From NCBI GenBank assembly GCA_913043225.1, contig CAJWLU010000004.1:1-64000 (forward strand): a DNA stretch of 64,000 nt. The letters are read 5' to 3'. Within the stretch, counting starts at the first letter, position 1. Each line of letters opens with the position of its first letter. Positions 24,001-33,521 of the stretch are shown piece after piece. The DNA comes from an uncultured Acidobacteriota bacterium (GTDB lineage: Bacteria > Acidobacteriota > Vicinamibacteria > Vicinamibacterales > UBA8438). Both the position numbers and the translations under genes were made by a program. Under the pieces are notes generated by a model. The model saw nothing but the letters and a program-made list of their open reading frames with translations, had not been told where the DNA came from and did no database searches.

Positions 24001-24497
24001 TCATGGTCGGCGGCATCGTCGCCGGATACCGCCCCTTGAAGACCAAGCGTGGTGCGCCGATGGCTGTATTCACCCTAGAGGATCATGAAGGCACGCTGGA
24101 GGTCGTCGTCTTCCCCAAGGCCTACGAGAAGTGCGCTGCCGAGCTAGTCGTCGACCAACTGGTGCTCGTCACGGGCAAGCTCGATACCGACGAAGAAACG
24201 GCTCGTGTCCTCGCCGATGACATCCGACCGATCGAGACCCTGGCGAGTCAGGTCGGTCGCACGCTCTCGGTCCGACTAACCGGCGACCGTCATAGCCGGA
24301 CAACATTCGAAGCACTCTCCGAACTGTTACAGATACATCGCGGCCCGAGCCTAGTCCGCTTGCAGCTAGAACTCACCAAACGGACCCCGCCTGTGCGAGT
24401 ATCGGCTCGGCTGACAAGTGTGCGTGTCCGACCATCGGAACCCCTGGCTAAAGCGATTGAAGAGCTCTGTGGGAAGGGTTCCGTCTCCTGGCAGTAG
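21015..24497 (+). CDS. dnaE: DNA polymerase III alpha subunit
   Basis: PHP motif HLHLHTEFSLLDG, GPGRGSAAGS, PDIDIDF, KMDFLGL, YGFNKSHS; no intein seen. Confidence 0.98.
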   Translation: MSSEFVHLHLHTEFSLLDGACRIGELLDSAKASGAPALAVTEHGNLFSSVIFHDEARKRDIKPILGCEVYVANGSRHTRSGTPGETNNHLVLLAETLTGYHNLIKLVSAGYTEGFYYKPRIDKELLAEHASGLVGLSACLKGEVATGLRNEQPRKAREAAATFRDILGAGNFFLEMQYQGIEEQRTVNTGLQPIARDLGMPLVCTNDVHYLKQGDHRPHDVLLCIGTGKNVGDEQRLRYHGDQFFLKSPEEMATVFGDFPRAMANSVAIAERCNVDLSDPGSHLPNFEVPEDFNVDTYFEHVTREGFDRRVAHWKELEARGELRHSIDAYERRLRHEIDIIVKMRYPGYFLIVWDFIRYARERGIPVGPGRGSAAGSLVAYCLQITDIDPMQFDLIFERFLNPERVSLPDIDIDFCERRRGEVIDYVTQKYGRDNVAQIITFGTMKARAVVRDVGRTMGMSYADVDRVAKAIPPALDMTLDKALEENPALKTMERQDPQVNELIEVAKRLEGITRHASVHAAGVVIAPAAITEFAPVYKSQKDEITTQWAMKEVERMGLLKMDFLGLSTLTLLDDAVAHIKETTGEHVDLDTLPMDDEKTFQVFSDGQTLGVFQFESSGMRDTLRKAKPDRFEDLISLNALYRPGPLRGGVVDDFIARRHGKVEIEYELPSLEPILQDSYGVIAFQEQVMRIASDLAGFTMGDADVLRKAMGKKSAEVMQAQRVKFVDGAVKRGVARPQATKIFDLMEFFAGYGFNKSHSTAYALLAYQTAYLKANYPRHFMASLLTIEAQNTDKLSLYLSECRDMGVKILPPDINDSDLAFKVTPDGVRFGLRAVKNVGEAAIASILECRAHAGQLSSLYPLCEEVDLRLVNKRVFESLIKAGAFDSTLPPSSRRAASGRAQLAALVDRALEHGNRFQRDRERGQTQLFETPTADTDPSVALPDVPAWTEAEQLGYEKESLGLYLSGHPIERYRDQLEAAGASAISSLTGGKGAVMVGGIVAGYRPLKTKRGAPMAVFTLEDHEGTLEVVVFPKAYEKCAAELVVDQLVLVTGKLDTDEETARVLADDIRPIETLASQVGRTLSVRLTGDRHSRTTFEALSELLQIHRGPSLVRLQLELTKRTPPVRVSARLTSVRVRPSEPLAKAIEELCGKGSVSWQ

Positions 24498-25496
24498 ATG
24501 CCCAAGCCCACGGGTCGCCTCGACTTCGAAGAACCGATCGACGCCCTTCAAGCCGAGATCGACGCGCTCACGATGCTGCCTCGGACATCGGCGCGTCATC
24601 AGGAGCTGCAGCGGCTCCGCGCACGTGTCACGACGGTGCGTCAGGAGATCTTCGCGTCCTTGACGCCAGGCCAGCGCGTACAGATCGCCGGCCACCCCGA
24701 CCGCCCGCGGATGCGCTACTACCTCGACCGATTGGCGTCCGACTTCACCGAGATCCATGGTGATCGACACGCCGGCGACGATCCGGCGCTCCTCGCGGGC
24801 TTCGGACGTGTTGGCCGCCACGCCGTGCTCCTCCTCGGCCAAAACAAGGGGCAGGGCGCGGCAGCGGCACGGCACCGGCTAGGCGCGATGCGCCCGGAGG
24901 GCTACCGCAAGGCGGAACGGGCCCTACGCCTGGCAGAGAAGTTCGGGCGACCGGTGGTGTCGTTCGTCGATACGCCATCACCTCACCCCAGCGTCGAGGC
25001 GGAGACGCACGGAATCGGCGCCGCCATCGCCGCAACCAGTCGGACCCTCGCCATGCTGCGCGTACCGACGGTCTCGGTGCTGATCGGCGAGGGTGGCGGC
25101 GCCGGGGCCCTAGCGCTTGGCATTTCCGACAACATCCTGATGCAAGAGTACGCCACGTACAGCGTAGTGCCCCCAGAAACGGCCGCCGCAGTACTCTGGC
25201 AGGACCGTGCACGCGGAGACGACGCGACCGCCGCGCTGCGGATCACGGCATCCGATCTAGTGGCCCTGGGCGTCGTCGACCAGGCGATCGCCGAGCCTAT
25301 CGGAGGCGCACACGCTGATCCGGATCACGCGGCGCGACTGCTCCGCGCCGCCCTCGAGGACGCCCTCGAGGACGTGGAGAAGGGCTCTTGTGCGACCCGG
25401 GTCGAGCAGCGCCATAGCCGCTTCCGTCTCATGGGTCTCGCCGGACCACCGACCGCCGGCGATGCGCCGTTCGACCCTCTGCCAGGAGAGCGATGA
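24498..25496 (+). CDS. accA: Acetyl-CoA carboxylase carboxyltransferase alpha subunit, strongly divergent
   Basis: LDFEEPI, HPDRP, EIHGDR, PEGYRKA, AEKFGRPV; canonical position after dnaE, but several conserved motifs are altered. Confidence 0.8.
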   Translation: MPKPTGRLDFEEPIDALQAEIDALTMLPRTSARHQELQRLRARVTTVRQEIFASLTPGQRVQIAGHPDRPRMRYYLDRLASDFTEIHGDRHAGDDPALLAGFGRVGRHAVLLLGQNKGQGAAAARHRLGAMRPEGYRKAERALRLAEKFGRPVVSFVDTPSPHPSVEAETHGIGAAIAATSRTLAMLRVPTVSVLIGEGGGAGALALGISDNILMQEYATYSVVPPETAAAVLWQDRARGDDATAALRITASDLVALGVVDQAIAEPIGGAHADPDHAARLLRAALEDALEDVEKGSCATRVEQRHSRFRLMGLAGPPTAGDAPFDPLPGER

Positions 25497-27238
25497 GCGC
25501 ACCGGACACCACGCCACCCGCCCCGCGAACACGGATCTGGGAGTTGTGCGACCCGCCTCAAGTGGACGTCGATGGCCTAGCCGCATCGCTGGAGGTGCCT
25601 CCGGTGATTGCGGGTTTACTCGCGCAGCGCGGGGTCACCGACGCCGACCAGGCTCAAGCGTTTCTACATCCCACACTCGAGCATCTAAACGATCCTTTCA
25701 CGTTGACCGATCTTCCGGAGGCCGTCGACCGCCTACAGACGGCGCTTAATCGCGGTGAACGGATCGCGGTGCACGGAGACTATGACGTAGACGGCGTCAC
25801 CTCAACGGTCATGCTCCGCCGGCTGCTCGAAATGCTTGGCGGCGACGTCATTCACTTCATCCCCGACCGGCTTAAGGACGGCTACGGCCTGGAGCCCGCG
25901 GGGATCGACCGGCTAGCCGCCGAGAAAGCAGCGGTCGTTGTCTCTGTCGACTGCGGCATCCGGAGCCACGCGGCAGCGACCAGGGCTCGCGAACTCGGCA
26001 TCGACCTCATCATCACTGACCACCACGAACCGGAGACCGACCTGCCTTCTGCGCTGGCGATCATCAATCCCAAGCGTCCCGACTGCGTTTATCCGGAGAA
26101 GATGCTCGCCGGAGTAGGCGTGGCGTTTAAGCTGGTCCAGGCGCTCTGTGAGCGGACCGCGCACAGCTCCTGGCTTCCTGGGTTCATCAAGCTGGCCGCA
26201 CTCGGTACGATCGCCGACGTCGTTCCGCTTCGGGGCGAGAACCGGGTCATCGCCAAGCTCGGGCTGGAACGGCTGTCGCAAGGCCCGCACGCAACCGGAC
26301 TCCACGCGTTACTCGAGGCGACCGGCCTTCTCGGCGAAACGCTGACGAGCTTTCACGTCGCATTCCGGCTCGCCCCTCGGATCAACGCCGCCGGTCGGAT
26401 GAGCAGTCCCGACCTAGCAGCCCAACTGCTCCTACTAACAGGGGAGCAGCGCGCGAACGAAGCTCGAGGACTGGCGGAGCAGCTCGAGGAAGAGAATCTG
26501 CGTAGACAGCAAGAGGAAGCAGATATCCTCGCCGCCGCGCGCAAAAAGATCGACGGCGACCCGGACGTGGGCGCGCACGCCATACTCGTAGTGTGGGGCG
26601 AGGACTGGCATCGCGGAGTCATCGGCATCGTGGCCTCCAAGCTGGTCGATCTCTATCACCGTCCCGCGGTTGTGCTGGCGGTGGATGGCGACGAGGCGCA
26701 CGGCTCGGGACGGAGTATTTCCGGATTCGATCTGCTCGCGTCGCTGGAGCACTGTAACGAGCTATTTACCCGGTTCGGTGGCCACCGGCATGCGGCCGGG
26801 ATGACGATCGACACGGCGCGGCTTAAGGAACTCCGCCGTCGGCTGACCGCCTACGCCAATGAACGGCTCGGCCCGGACGAGTTAACGCCACGCCTGCGTG
26901 TGGACGGCGCGCTGCCACTGTCGGCCATCACGCCCGAAGTAGTTGCGGGCCTGCGGGCGATGGAACCATTCGGTGCCGGCAACCGGCGCCCGATCTTTCA
27001 CACCGGCTCGGTCAGCTTGGCCAGCAACCCCAAAGTCATGAAGTCACGCCACCTGTCGATGTCAGTGCGTCAGGAGGGTCGCGTACTGCGAGCCGTCGCA
27101 TGGCGCATGGCCGACCGGGCCGATTTCGTCTCGACCTATGCCCGGAACCTCGACGTGGCGTTCAATCTCACCGAGAATCACTTCCGGGGTGAGACGACCA
27201 TCGAGTTATCCGTTGCCGACGTTCGGCAAGCTCGATAG
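25493..27238 (+). CDS. recJ: Single-stranded-DNA exonuclease RecJ
   Basis: HGDYDVDG, SVDCG, ITDHH, GTIADVVPL, PRINAAGR, GSGRS, FGGHRHAAG. Confidence 0.97.
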   Translation: MSAPDTTPPAPRTRIWELCDPPQVDVDGLAASLEVPPVIAGLLAQRGVTDADQAQAFLHPTLEHLNDPFTLTDLPEAVDRLQTALNRGERIAVHGDYDVDGVTSTVMLRRLLEMLGGDVIHFIPDRLKDGYGLEPAGIDRLAAEKAAVVVSVDCGIRSHAAATRARELGIDLIITDHHEPETDLPSALAIINPKRPDCVYPEKMLAGVGVAFKLVQALCERTAHSSWLPGFIKLAALGTIADVVPLRGENRVIAKLGLERLSQGPHATGLHALLEATGLLGETLTSFHVAFRLAPRINAAGRMSSPDLAAQLLLLTGEQRANEARGLAEQLEEENLRRQQEEADILAAARKKIDGDPDVGAHAILVVWGEDWHRGVIGIVASKLVDLYHRPAVVLAVDGDEAHGSGRSISGFDLLASLEHCNELFTRFGGHRHAAGMTIDTARLKELRRRLTAYANERLGPDELTPRLRVDGALPLSAITPEVVAGLRAMEPFGAGNRRPIFHTGSVSLASNPKVMKSRHLSMSVRQEGRVLRAVAWRMADRADFVSTYARNLDVAFNLTENHFRGETTIELSVADVRQAR

Positions 27239-27247
27239 AGTGAGATC

Positions 27248-29884
27248 ATGGAGTCGAGCGTCCAGCGTGGAGGCCAGTCGTCCCCGACGCGGACAGCGCC
27301 CCGGCCTCGGTGGCTGCCCCGCTGGCAAAATGTCGCCCGCCTGAGCATCGTCACAGGCCTAGTAATCTTCGCCACGGTCCTGTTCGGTGCCATCCGCGAT
27401 CGCGCCGCCCCCGTCGAGGCTCCGGGCATAGAGCGTGACCCCACTGCCATCATCGAGAGCACTGGAGCCGAGCTGGTCCAGACGACCGGGAGAGTCGAGA
27501 ACTATCGACTGAACTCGGGCCATCAGCTGACGTTCAGTGATGGCTCGATGCGATTCGACGATGGATTCCGCCTGGAAGTCGCCGAGCAGGAAGAGCGAGA
27601 CAGCTTCGTGATCACTGGTGCGAAGGCGTCGGTAAACGACGCTGAAACAGAAGTACTTGTCGAGGGCGGCGTCGAGATGGAGGTCTCCGACGGTCTTGGC
27701 GCAAACACCGAGACCGCAACCTACGCGACCAACGCAGCCGCGGTCCACATGCCCGGACCTACCCGATTGGCACGGAGCGGACTCCTGGCCACAGGCAAAG
27801 AAGTCGTCTTTCACCGAGATCGTGGGCTCGTGGAGCTTGGCGCCTTGGCTCAGGTGACGTTAACCGGCGACAGCGACCGCGCTCCGATCGATATCGCCTC
27901 GAGCCAGGCCACTCTGGACCACGACGACGGGTTCATGCGGTTCGACGGCGGCACCGATATTGACACCGAAGAGCACTTATTGACCGCCGACAACACGTCG
28001 GCGTACTTCGGCGAGGACGATACCGCGCTCGAGCGTCTAGAACTTGTCGGTGCCACCTCAATCGCCACCAAGCTGCCACAACCTGCCGGCCTCAGAGAGA
28101 TGCAGGCTGGAGCGATGGCGCTCTCCTTCCTACCCCAGACCCGCGCTCTCGACCATGCGCTCCTAACAGGCACCTCCATCGTGGATCTGATGGGTCTCGA
28201 CGGAACGACCGGCGCGCGTGTGCGTGCCTCAACCATGGACGTCACCATGAAGCACGGAGGTGGGGATGTCAGTGCGCTCGTGGCACACACGGCTGTGCGG
28301 CTGGAGCTGCCGGACGCCGGCGACGGCATTCGCCGCGAGATCCGGGCCGAAACCCTGACGACACCGATCCCGCAACCGCCACCAGCGACAACGGCAGACA
28401 CCACGGCGCCGCGTACCACCCCAGCGACCACGGCTTTGGGAACGCCCGCCCAGTCGGAAACAACCGCTGCGATAGCGAACCCACCAGCAGGCAGCACGAC
28501 GAGATCACCAGCGGCCACCGCGTCCGCCCCAACGGCAACCGAAACACCGCAGCCCGACGCGCCGGCAGCGGGGGCGTTGACCTCGCCCAGCGCAGCTCTT
28601 TCCGCACTGCATCGATCGGAGTCGAGTGCCATCACACCCGACGAACACGAACCAGCGACACTAGCAACCGTCGAGACCGACAGCGCCGAATCGCTGACAT
28701 CGATGGCGGACCCCGAGCCTGAAGCAGGGGAGTTGGCCGGGTCCAACATGGCCACTGCGGTGACCGGAAAACAGCTCACGAGCGTGAGCTTCGACCGCGA
28801 CGTGCGCTACGTCGAGCAGACGCCAGGGAACCGGATTCCGAGGGAGATCCGTGCGGACCGATTGGAGGCTGGTGTCGAACCCGGGCTGAGCGCTCTCCTT
28901 GAAGCCCGTTTCCTGGGTAACGTCCACTTCGAGGACGGAGACCGCAGCGCAGAAGCAGAACTCGTCATCTATGATGTCGTGGCAAATCAACTGAGCCTAG
29001 AAACAGGCGGCGGAACCCGGCAAGCTCCCCGCCTGGTAGATGGGGAGCACACGATCGAGGCGGGCGCCATTACCGTGGATCTCGGTGGCTCGACGATCGC
29101 CGCCACCGGAGGCGTCCAGAATGTCCTCGCGTCACGGGAACCTGGCCAACGAACGGCCGACGACGGCGAGCGTCCCGCCCTGCTGGAGAACGGCCAGCAG
29201 GTGTTCGCTTCGGCCACCACCCTGAGCTACGACCAGACGATCGGCCAGGCCACCTACGATGGTGAGGCACGGCTCTGGCAAGGCGACACGAGCTTCCAGG
29301 GCGATACCGTACTGATCGACGACACGACTGGCGGTATCGAGGTTGACGGTGACGCCAAGACCACGATCCAGCTGCTCAGACTAGATGAGGCCACCGGCCG
29401 GCAGGTGCTGTCGATCACGAGGGTCAAAGCCGACACCTTCACCTACGACAACACGCTCATGCATGCCATCTACGACCAACGGGCCGAACTTCTCTCGGAA
29501 CACGGAGACATGAAGGCGGGCAAGATCGAAGTTTACCTCGCTCCGGACGGACGCACCCTCGACCGGTTGGAAGCCACTGGCAGCGTAAAGCTCCGGCTTG
29601 AGGACCGGTGGGCGACCGGAGACCACCTCGTGTACTACGAAGCGGACGGACGCTATGAGATGGAAGGGGCACCCGTCGAGATCGTCGAAGAAGTCGAACC
29701 GGAAGCGTCACTAATCCCCCAGCCACCGCCACGCCCCGGCGCACCGCCCACCCCGCCCCCATGCCAGAGCACCACGGGCCGTTCGATGACATTCTATCGG
29801 GACACCGACACGGTCATCGTCGACGGTCGCCGCGAGCTCCGCACCGAAAGCGGCACCGGGACCTGTCGTCCACAGGTCTTCTAG
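27248..29884 (+). CDS. Large LptC/LptA(OstA)-like LPS transport protein with N-terminal TM anchor
   Basis: Immediately upstream of lptB; one TM helix followed by long beta-strand-rich repeats (e.g. LDRLEATGSVKL, ATGDHLVY), interrupted by a Pro/Thr/Ala-rich segment. Confidence 0.75.
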   Translation: MESSVQRGGQSSPTRTAPRPRWLPRWQNVARLSIVTGLVIFATVLFGAIRDRAAPVEAPGIERDPTAIIESTGAELVQTTGRVENYRLNSGHQLTFSDGSMRFDDGFRLEVAEQEERDSFVITGAKASVNDAETEVLVEGGVEMEVSDGLGANTETATYATNAAAVHMPGPTRLARSGLLATGKEVVFHRDRGLVELGALAQVTLTGDSDRAPIDIASSQATLDHDDGFMRFDGGTDIDTEEHLLTADNTSAYFGEDDTALERLELVGATSIATKLPQPAGLREMQAGAMALSFLPQTRALDHALLTGTSIVDLMGLDGTTGARVRASTMDVTMKHGGGDVSALVAHTAVRLELPDAGDGIRREIRAETLTTPIPQPPPATTADTTAPRTTPATTALGTPAQSETTAAIANPPAGSTTRSPAATASAPTATETPQPDAPAAGALTSPSAALSALHRSESSAITPDEHEPATLATVETDSAESLTSMADPEPEAGELAGSNMATAVTGKQLTSVSFDRDVRYVEQTPGNRIPREIRADRLEAGVEPGLSALLEARFLGNVHFEDGDRSAEAELVIYDVVANQLSLETGGGTRQAPRLVDGEHTIEAGAITVDLGGSTIAATGGVQNVLASREPGQRTADDGERPALLENGQQVFASATTLSYDQTIGQATYDGEARLWQGDTSFQGDTVLIDDTTGGIEVDGDAKTTIQLLRLDEATGRQVLSITRVKADTFTYDNTLMHAIYDQRAELLSEHGDMKAGKIEVYLAPDGRTLDRLEATGSVKLRLEDRWATGDHLVYYEADGRYEMEGAPVEIVEEVEPEASLIPQPPPRPGAPPTPPPCQSTTGRSMTFYRDTDTVIVDGRRELRTESGTGTCRPQVF

Positions 29885-29902
29885 TCGCCCTTGCGCCGCC
29901 GT

Positions 29903-30628
29903 ATGCCCACCCTTCGGACCCAGCAACTCACCAAGTCGTATGGCGGGCGCACCGTCGTGCGGAACGTCGACCTCGAGGTGAGCTCTGGAGAGGTTGTAGG
30001 GCTGCTCGGACCCAACGGTGCCGGAAAGACCACCACCTTCTATCTGGTCGTAGGGCTGACGGCTCCAGACCGTGGCCGCGTCACCCTAAACGGCGAAGAT
30101 GTCACTACCGACCCGATGTACATGCGGGCTCGGAAGGGCATCGGTTACCTCCCGCAAGAACCGTCGATCTTCCGCGGCCTGACCGTCGAACAGAACATCA
30201 TGGCGATCCTCGAGGCGGCCGGATTGCCACGGTCCGCGAGGCGCACGCGACTTAAGGAACTCCTCGAAGAACTGAACCTCACACCGTTGGCAAAATCCCC
30301 AGCACATACCCTCTCGGGTGGCGAGCGACGTCGGGCCGAGATCACGAGAGCCCTTGTGATGGCGCCGTCCTTCATGTTGCTGGACGAGCCGTTCGCCGGG
30401 ATCGACCCGATCGCGGTGACCGATATTCAGGAGATCATCTTTCACCTCAAGGCGCGCGGGATTGGGGTGTTAATCACCGACCACAACGTTCGTGAAACGC
30501 TGAAGATCACCGACCGCGCCTACATCGTCCACGACGGCTCCGTCTTTCGCAGCGGCACTCCAGCGGACCTTGCCAGCGACCAGGACGTCAAGCGGATCTA
30601 CCTGGGCGCCGATTTCCGCCTCGACTGA
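29903..30628 (+). CDS. lptB: LPS export ABC transporter ATP-binding protein
   Basis: [54 protein letters not shown]. Confidence 0.97.
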   Translation: MPTLRTQQLTKSYGGRTVVRNVDLEVSSGEVVGLLGPNGAGKTTTFYLVVGLTAPDRGRVTLNGEDVTTDPMYMRARKGIGYLPQEPSIFRGLTVEQNIMAILEAAGLPRSARRTRLKELLEELNLTPLAKSPAHTLSGGERRRAEITRALVMAPSFMLLDEPFAGIDPIAVTDIQEIIFHLKARGIGVLITDHNVRETLKITDRAYIVHDGSVFRSGTPADLASDQDVKRIYLGADFRLD

Positions 30629-30836
30629 CCCTGCTAGTCCGTGATGCCGTGGCATCGGCTGGTCCTAAGCCCGGCCGGCGGGAGTCCGTACTCGAACTCC
30701 GACGGCTTGAAAAGCACCAGTGACCCAAAAAAGGAGCGCCTACCTCAACCAGACCCTCAAGTTGCAAGGCTGTTGAGGCCGACACTAAGATGAAAACAGA
30801 AAAGCGGTCACGCACATCGTGATTACATCGCACGGC

Positions 30837-32276
30837 ATGGTACTTCAACAACGACTACAGAATCGGCTGTCCCAGAAGCTTATTCTGACGCCCTCGTTGC
30901 AGCAGGCCATCAAACTGCTGCCCATGTCGACCCTCGAGCTCGTCGACATGCTGAACCAGGAAGTCGTCGAGAATCCGATGCTAGAAGAGGTCCCTGCCGA
31001 GGACCTGCAGCCGACAGAAAGCAACACTCAGAGCGACAAGCAGGAAGCACCGACGCCGGACAAGGAGAAGCAGGATTCCTGGGACGACGCCGACTATGAG
31101 TATTTTTTCGGCGACTACCTCGACGGCGGCTTCCGGCCTCGAGCTCAGCGCGAGGTCAAAGAGCTGCCACCGATCGAGAACACCCTCTCGACCCAGACCT
31201 CGCTCGCCGATCACCTCATGTGGCAACTGTCGCTCGGCAAGGCCGACGACACGGATCCGCTCATTCGCGAGATCGGATCGGCCATCATTGGCAATCTCGA
31301 TGACAACGGCTATCTCGTCGCGTCGGTCGAAGAAATCGCCGCAATGGGGAACTGGCCGGTCAACGACGTCCAGCGCATCCTCACGCTGATACAAGGATTC
31401 GATCCGATCGGGGTAGCGGCCCGCGACCTCCAGGAATGCCTCCTGCTGCAGATCGCCCATCTCGGTCTCGAGGGGACCGCCAGCAAGACGATCATCCAAG
31501 ATCATCTACGCCTTCTGCAGAACCACCAAGGGAAGGACATCGCGCGGCGTCTGGACATGTCGCTCGACGAACTGAAGCATCACATCGAAGTAATCCGTCA
31601 GCTCGACCCGAAGCCCGGCAGCCGACACAATCCGGCCTCGTCTCAGCACGTGATTCCTGACGTGTATGTGGCCAAAGTTGAGGACCGCTACGCGGTGATG
31701 CTAAATGAAGACGGCATGCCACAGCTACGGATCAGCCCAGTGTACCGCCGCCTGCTCGACAAGAAGTCCGAAAACACCGAAGAAACCCGGGCGTACGTCA
31801 AGGAGAAGTTCCGATCGGCGCTCTGGCTGCTCAAGTCGGTCGACCAGCGCCAGAAGACCATCCACAAGGTGGCCACGAGCATCGTCACATTTCAGACGGA
31901 ATTTCTAGATCTCGGGATCGAGTATCTGCGCCCACTGGTGCTTCGGGATGTGGCCAGCGATATCGGGATGCACGAGTCAACAGTCAGCCGCGTGGTCAAC
32001 AACAAGTACATGCACACACCACAGGGCGTGTTCGAGATGAAGTACTTCTTTCACAGCGGCATCAGTAGCGCCTACGGCGAAAGCGTCTCCTCCGTGAAGA
32101 TCAAGCAACGAATACGTAAGATCATCCAGCAGGAGAATCCCCAGAAACCTCTGAGCGATTCCCGCATCCTGGGCATACTACAGGGCGAAGGCTTGGTGCT
32201 TGCCCGTCGAACTATCGCCAAGTATCGCGAGGAGCTGAGAATTCCGACGTCGGGCCAGCGCAGAGTAATGTTCTGA
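30837..32276 (+). CDS. rpoN: RNA polymerase sigma-54 factor
   Basis: Gln/Leu-rich region I (LQQAIKLL), HESTVSR, RpoN box ARRTIAKYRE. Confidence 0.98.
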   Translation: MVLQQRLQNRLSQKLILTPSLQQAIKLLPMSTLELVDMLNQEVVENPMLEEVPAEDLQPTESNTQSDKQEAPTPDKEKQDSWDDADYEYFFGDYLDGGFRPRAQREVKELPPIENTLSTQTSLADHLMWQLSLGKADDTDPLIREIGSAIIGNLDDNGYLVASVEEIAAMGNWPVNDVQRILTLIQGFDPIGVAARDLQECLLLQIAHLGLEGTASKTIIQDHLRLLQNHQGKDIARRLDMSLDELKHHIEVIRQLDPKPGSRHNPASSQHVIPDVYVAKVEDRYAVMLNEDGMPQLRISPVYRRLLDKKSENTEETRAYVKEKFRSALWLLKSVDQRQKTIHKVATSIVTFQTEFLDLGIEYLRPLVLRDVASDIGMHESTVSRVVNNKYMHTPQGVFEMKYFFHSGISSAYGESVSSVKIKQRIRKIIQQENPQKPLSDSRILGILQGEGLVLARRTIAKYREELRIPTSGQRRVMF

Positions 32277-32310
32277 GGACCCCACCGACACCCTAGGGGA
32301 AGTAGTTAAC

Positions 32311-32595
32311 ATGGAATGTACCCTCACTGGACGAGGCCTGCGGATCACGACGGAGCTACGAGAACTCATCGACCGTCGTCTGCACCCACTGGAACGCGTC
32401 TTCGGAAAAGCGCTGGCCTTTCCGGACAAGGGCCTGCACAGCCTAGCCGAGGGCGGCAACTGGCAGTCCGCCGGGGGGACTACCTGTAATAACGTCGTGT
32501 ATCAGGAGCACAACCAAAACAGCGCATGGCAGGCATGCCGTTGCGGACCGACCCCGAACGCTCCCCAGCATAACGAGCTGCGACGCTCGATTTGA
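32311..32595 (+). pseudogene. hpf: Internally deleted or decayed ribosome hibernation promoting factor (HPF/RaiA)
   Basis: Canonical slot after rpoN; N-terminus MECTLTGRGLRITTELRELIDRRLHPLER matches HPF beta1-alpha1; middle strands appear missing and the rest is degenerate. Confidence 0.65.
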
Positions 32596-32605
32596 TTCGC
32601 CGCTG

Positions 32606-33514
32606 ATGACTGGCGTCCACCCCGAACCTGCGAACCCGAACAGTCGCAGCCCGCGCTTCGTTGTCGTCACCGGCCTCTCTGGCGCCGGAAAATCGGCCGC
32701 CATACGAGCGCTGGAGGATCTGGGCTACCTGTGCGTCGACAACCTCCCGACGGTCCTTATTCCGACCCTCGCCGATCTAACCCTCGGAGACGGGGCCACC
32801 TATGACGCGGTGGCGGTGGTGGTCGATGTGCGCGATCGATCGCTTCTCGATCAGTTCTCCGGGGTGTTCCAGTCGCTTCAGGCTCGCCAGAACCTGGGCA
32901 CATGGCTCATCTTTCTCGAGGCATCCGACGGGGCGCTCCTCAGACGGTTCAGCGAAACTCGTCGACCGCATCCCCTGGCGCCAACCGCCTCGGTGATCGA
33001 GGGCATTCTGGCCGAACGTTCGCGTCTCCGGCCCATCAAGAAGATGGCCGACAAAGTGCTGGACACCTCCGATCTCACCGTGCATGAGTTACGGAGCGCC
33101 TTTAGGGAGTTGACCCAGGGAGACAGCAAGCAGACCCAACTGACCACAACCCTCCTTAGCTTCGGGTTCAAGTACGGCGTCCCAGTGGAAGCGGACCTCG
33201 TGCTGGATGTACGCTTCCTGCCAAATCCGTACTTCGTTCCCGACCTGCGACCATTGACCGGGAAAGAGCCGGCGGTTCGAGACTACGTCCTGGCCTCAGA
33301 GACGGCCGGACCTTTTCTCGACAAGACGACGGATCTGCTGCGATTCTTGATTCCCAACTACCAGGACGAAGGCAAGAGCTACTTGACGGTGGCCATCGGT
33401 TGCACCGGCGGGCGCCACCGATCAGTGGCCATCGTCAACGCGATACGCCCGCGAGTAAATGGCCTCGCCGGTATACGCTGGCGAACCAGGCACCGTGACG
33501 TGGCGATGGAGTAG
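32606..33514 (+). CDS. rapZ: RNase adapter RapZ / YvcJ P-loop protein
   Basis: VTGLSGAGKS, CVDNLP, RFSETRRPHPL, SFGFKYG, DVRFLPNPY, IGCTGGRHRSV. Confidence 0.96.
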   Translation: MTGVHPEPANPNSRSPRFVVVTGLSGAGKSAAIRALEDLGYLCVDNLPTVLIPTLADLTLGDGATYDAVAVVVDVRDRSLLDQFSGVFQSLQARQNLGTWLIFLEASDGALLRRFSETRRPHPLAPTASVIEGILAERSRLRPIKKMADKVLDTSDLTVHELRSAFRELTQGDSKQTQLTTTLLSFGFKYGVPVEADLVLDVRFLPNPYFVPDLRPLTGKEPAVRDYVLASETAGPFLDKTTDLLRFLIPNYQDEGKSYLTVAIGCTGGRHRSVAIVNAIRPRVNGLAGIRWRTRHRDVAME

Positions 33515-33521
33515 ATCAGCG

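Noticed and set aside
28360..28770. Low-complexity stretch as a tandem repeat or CRISPR-like array
   Set aside because: No nucleotide-level repeat unit; it is an in-frame Pro/Thr/Ala protein linker.
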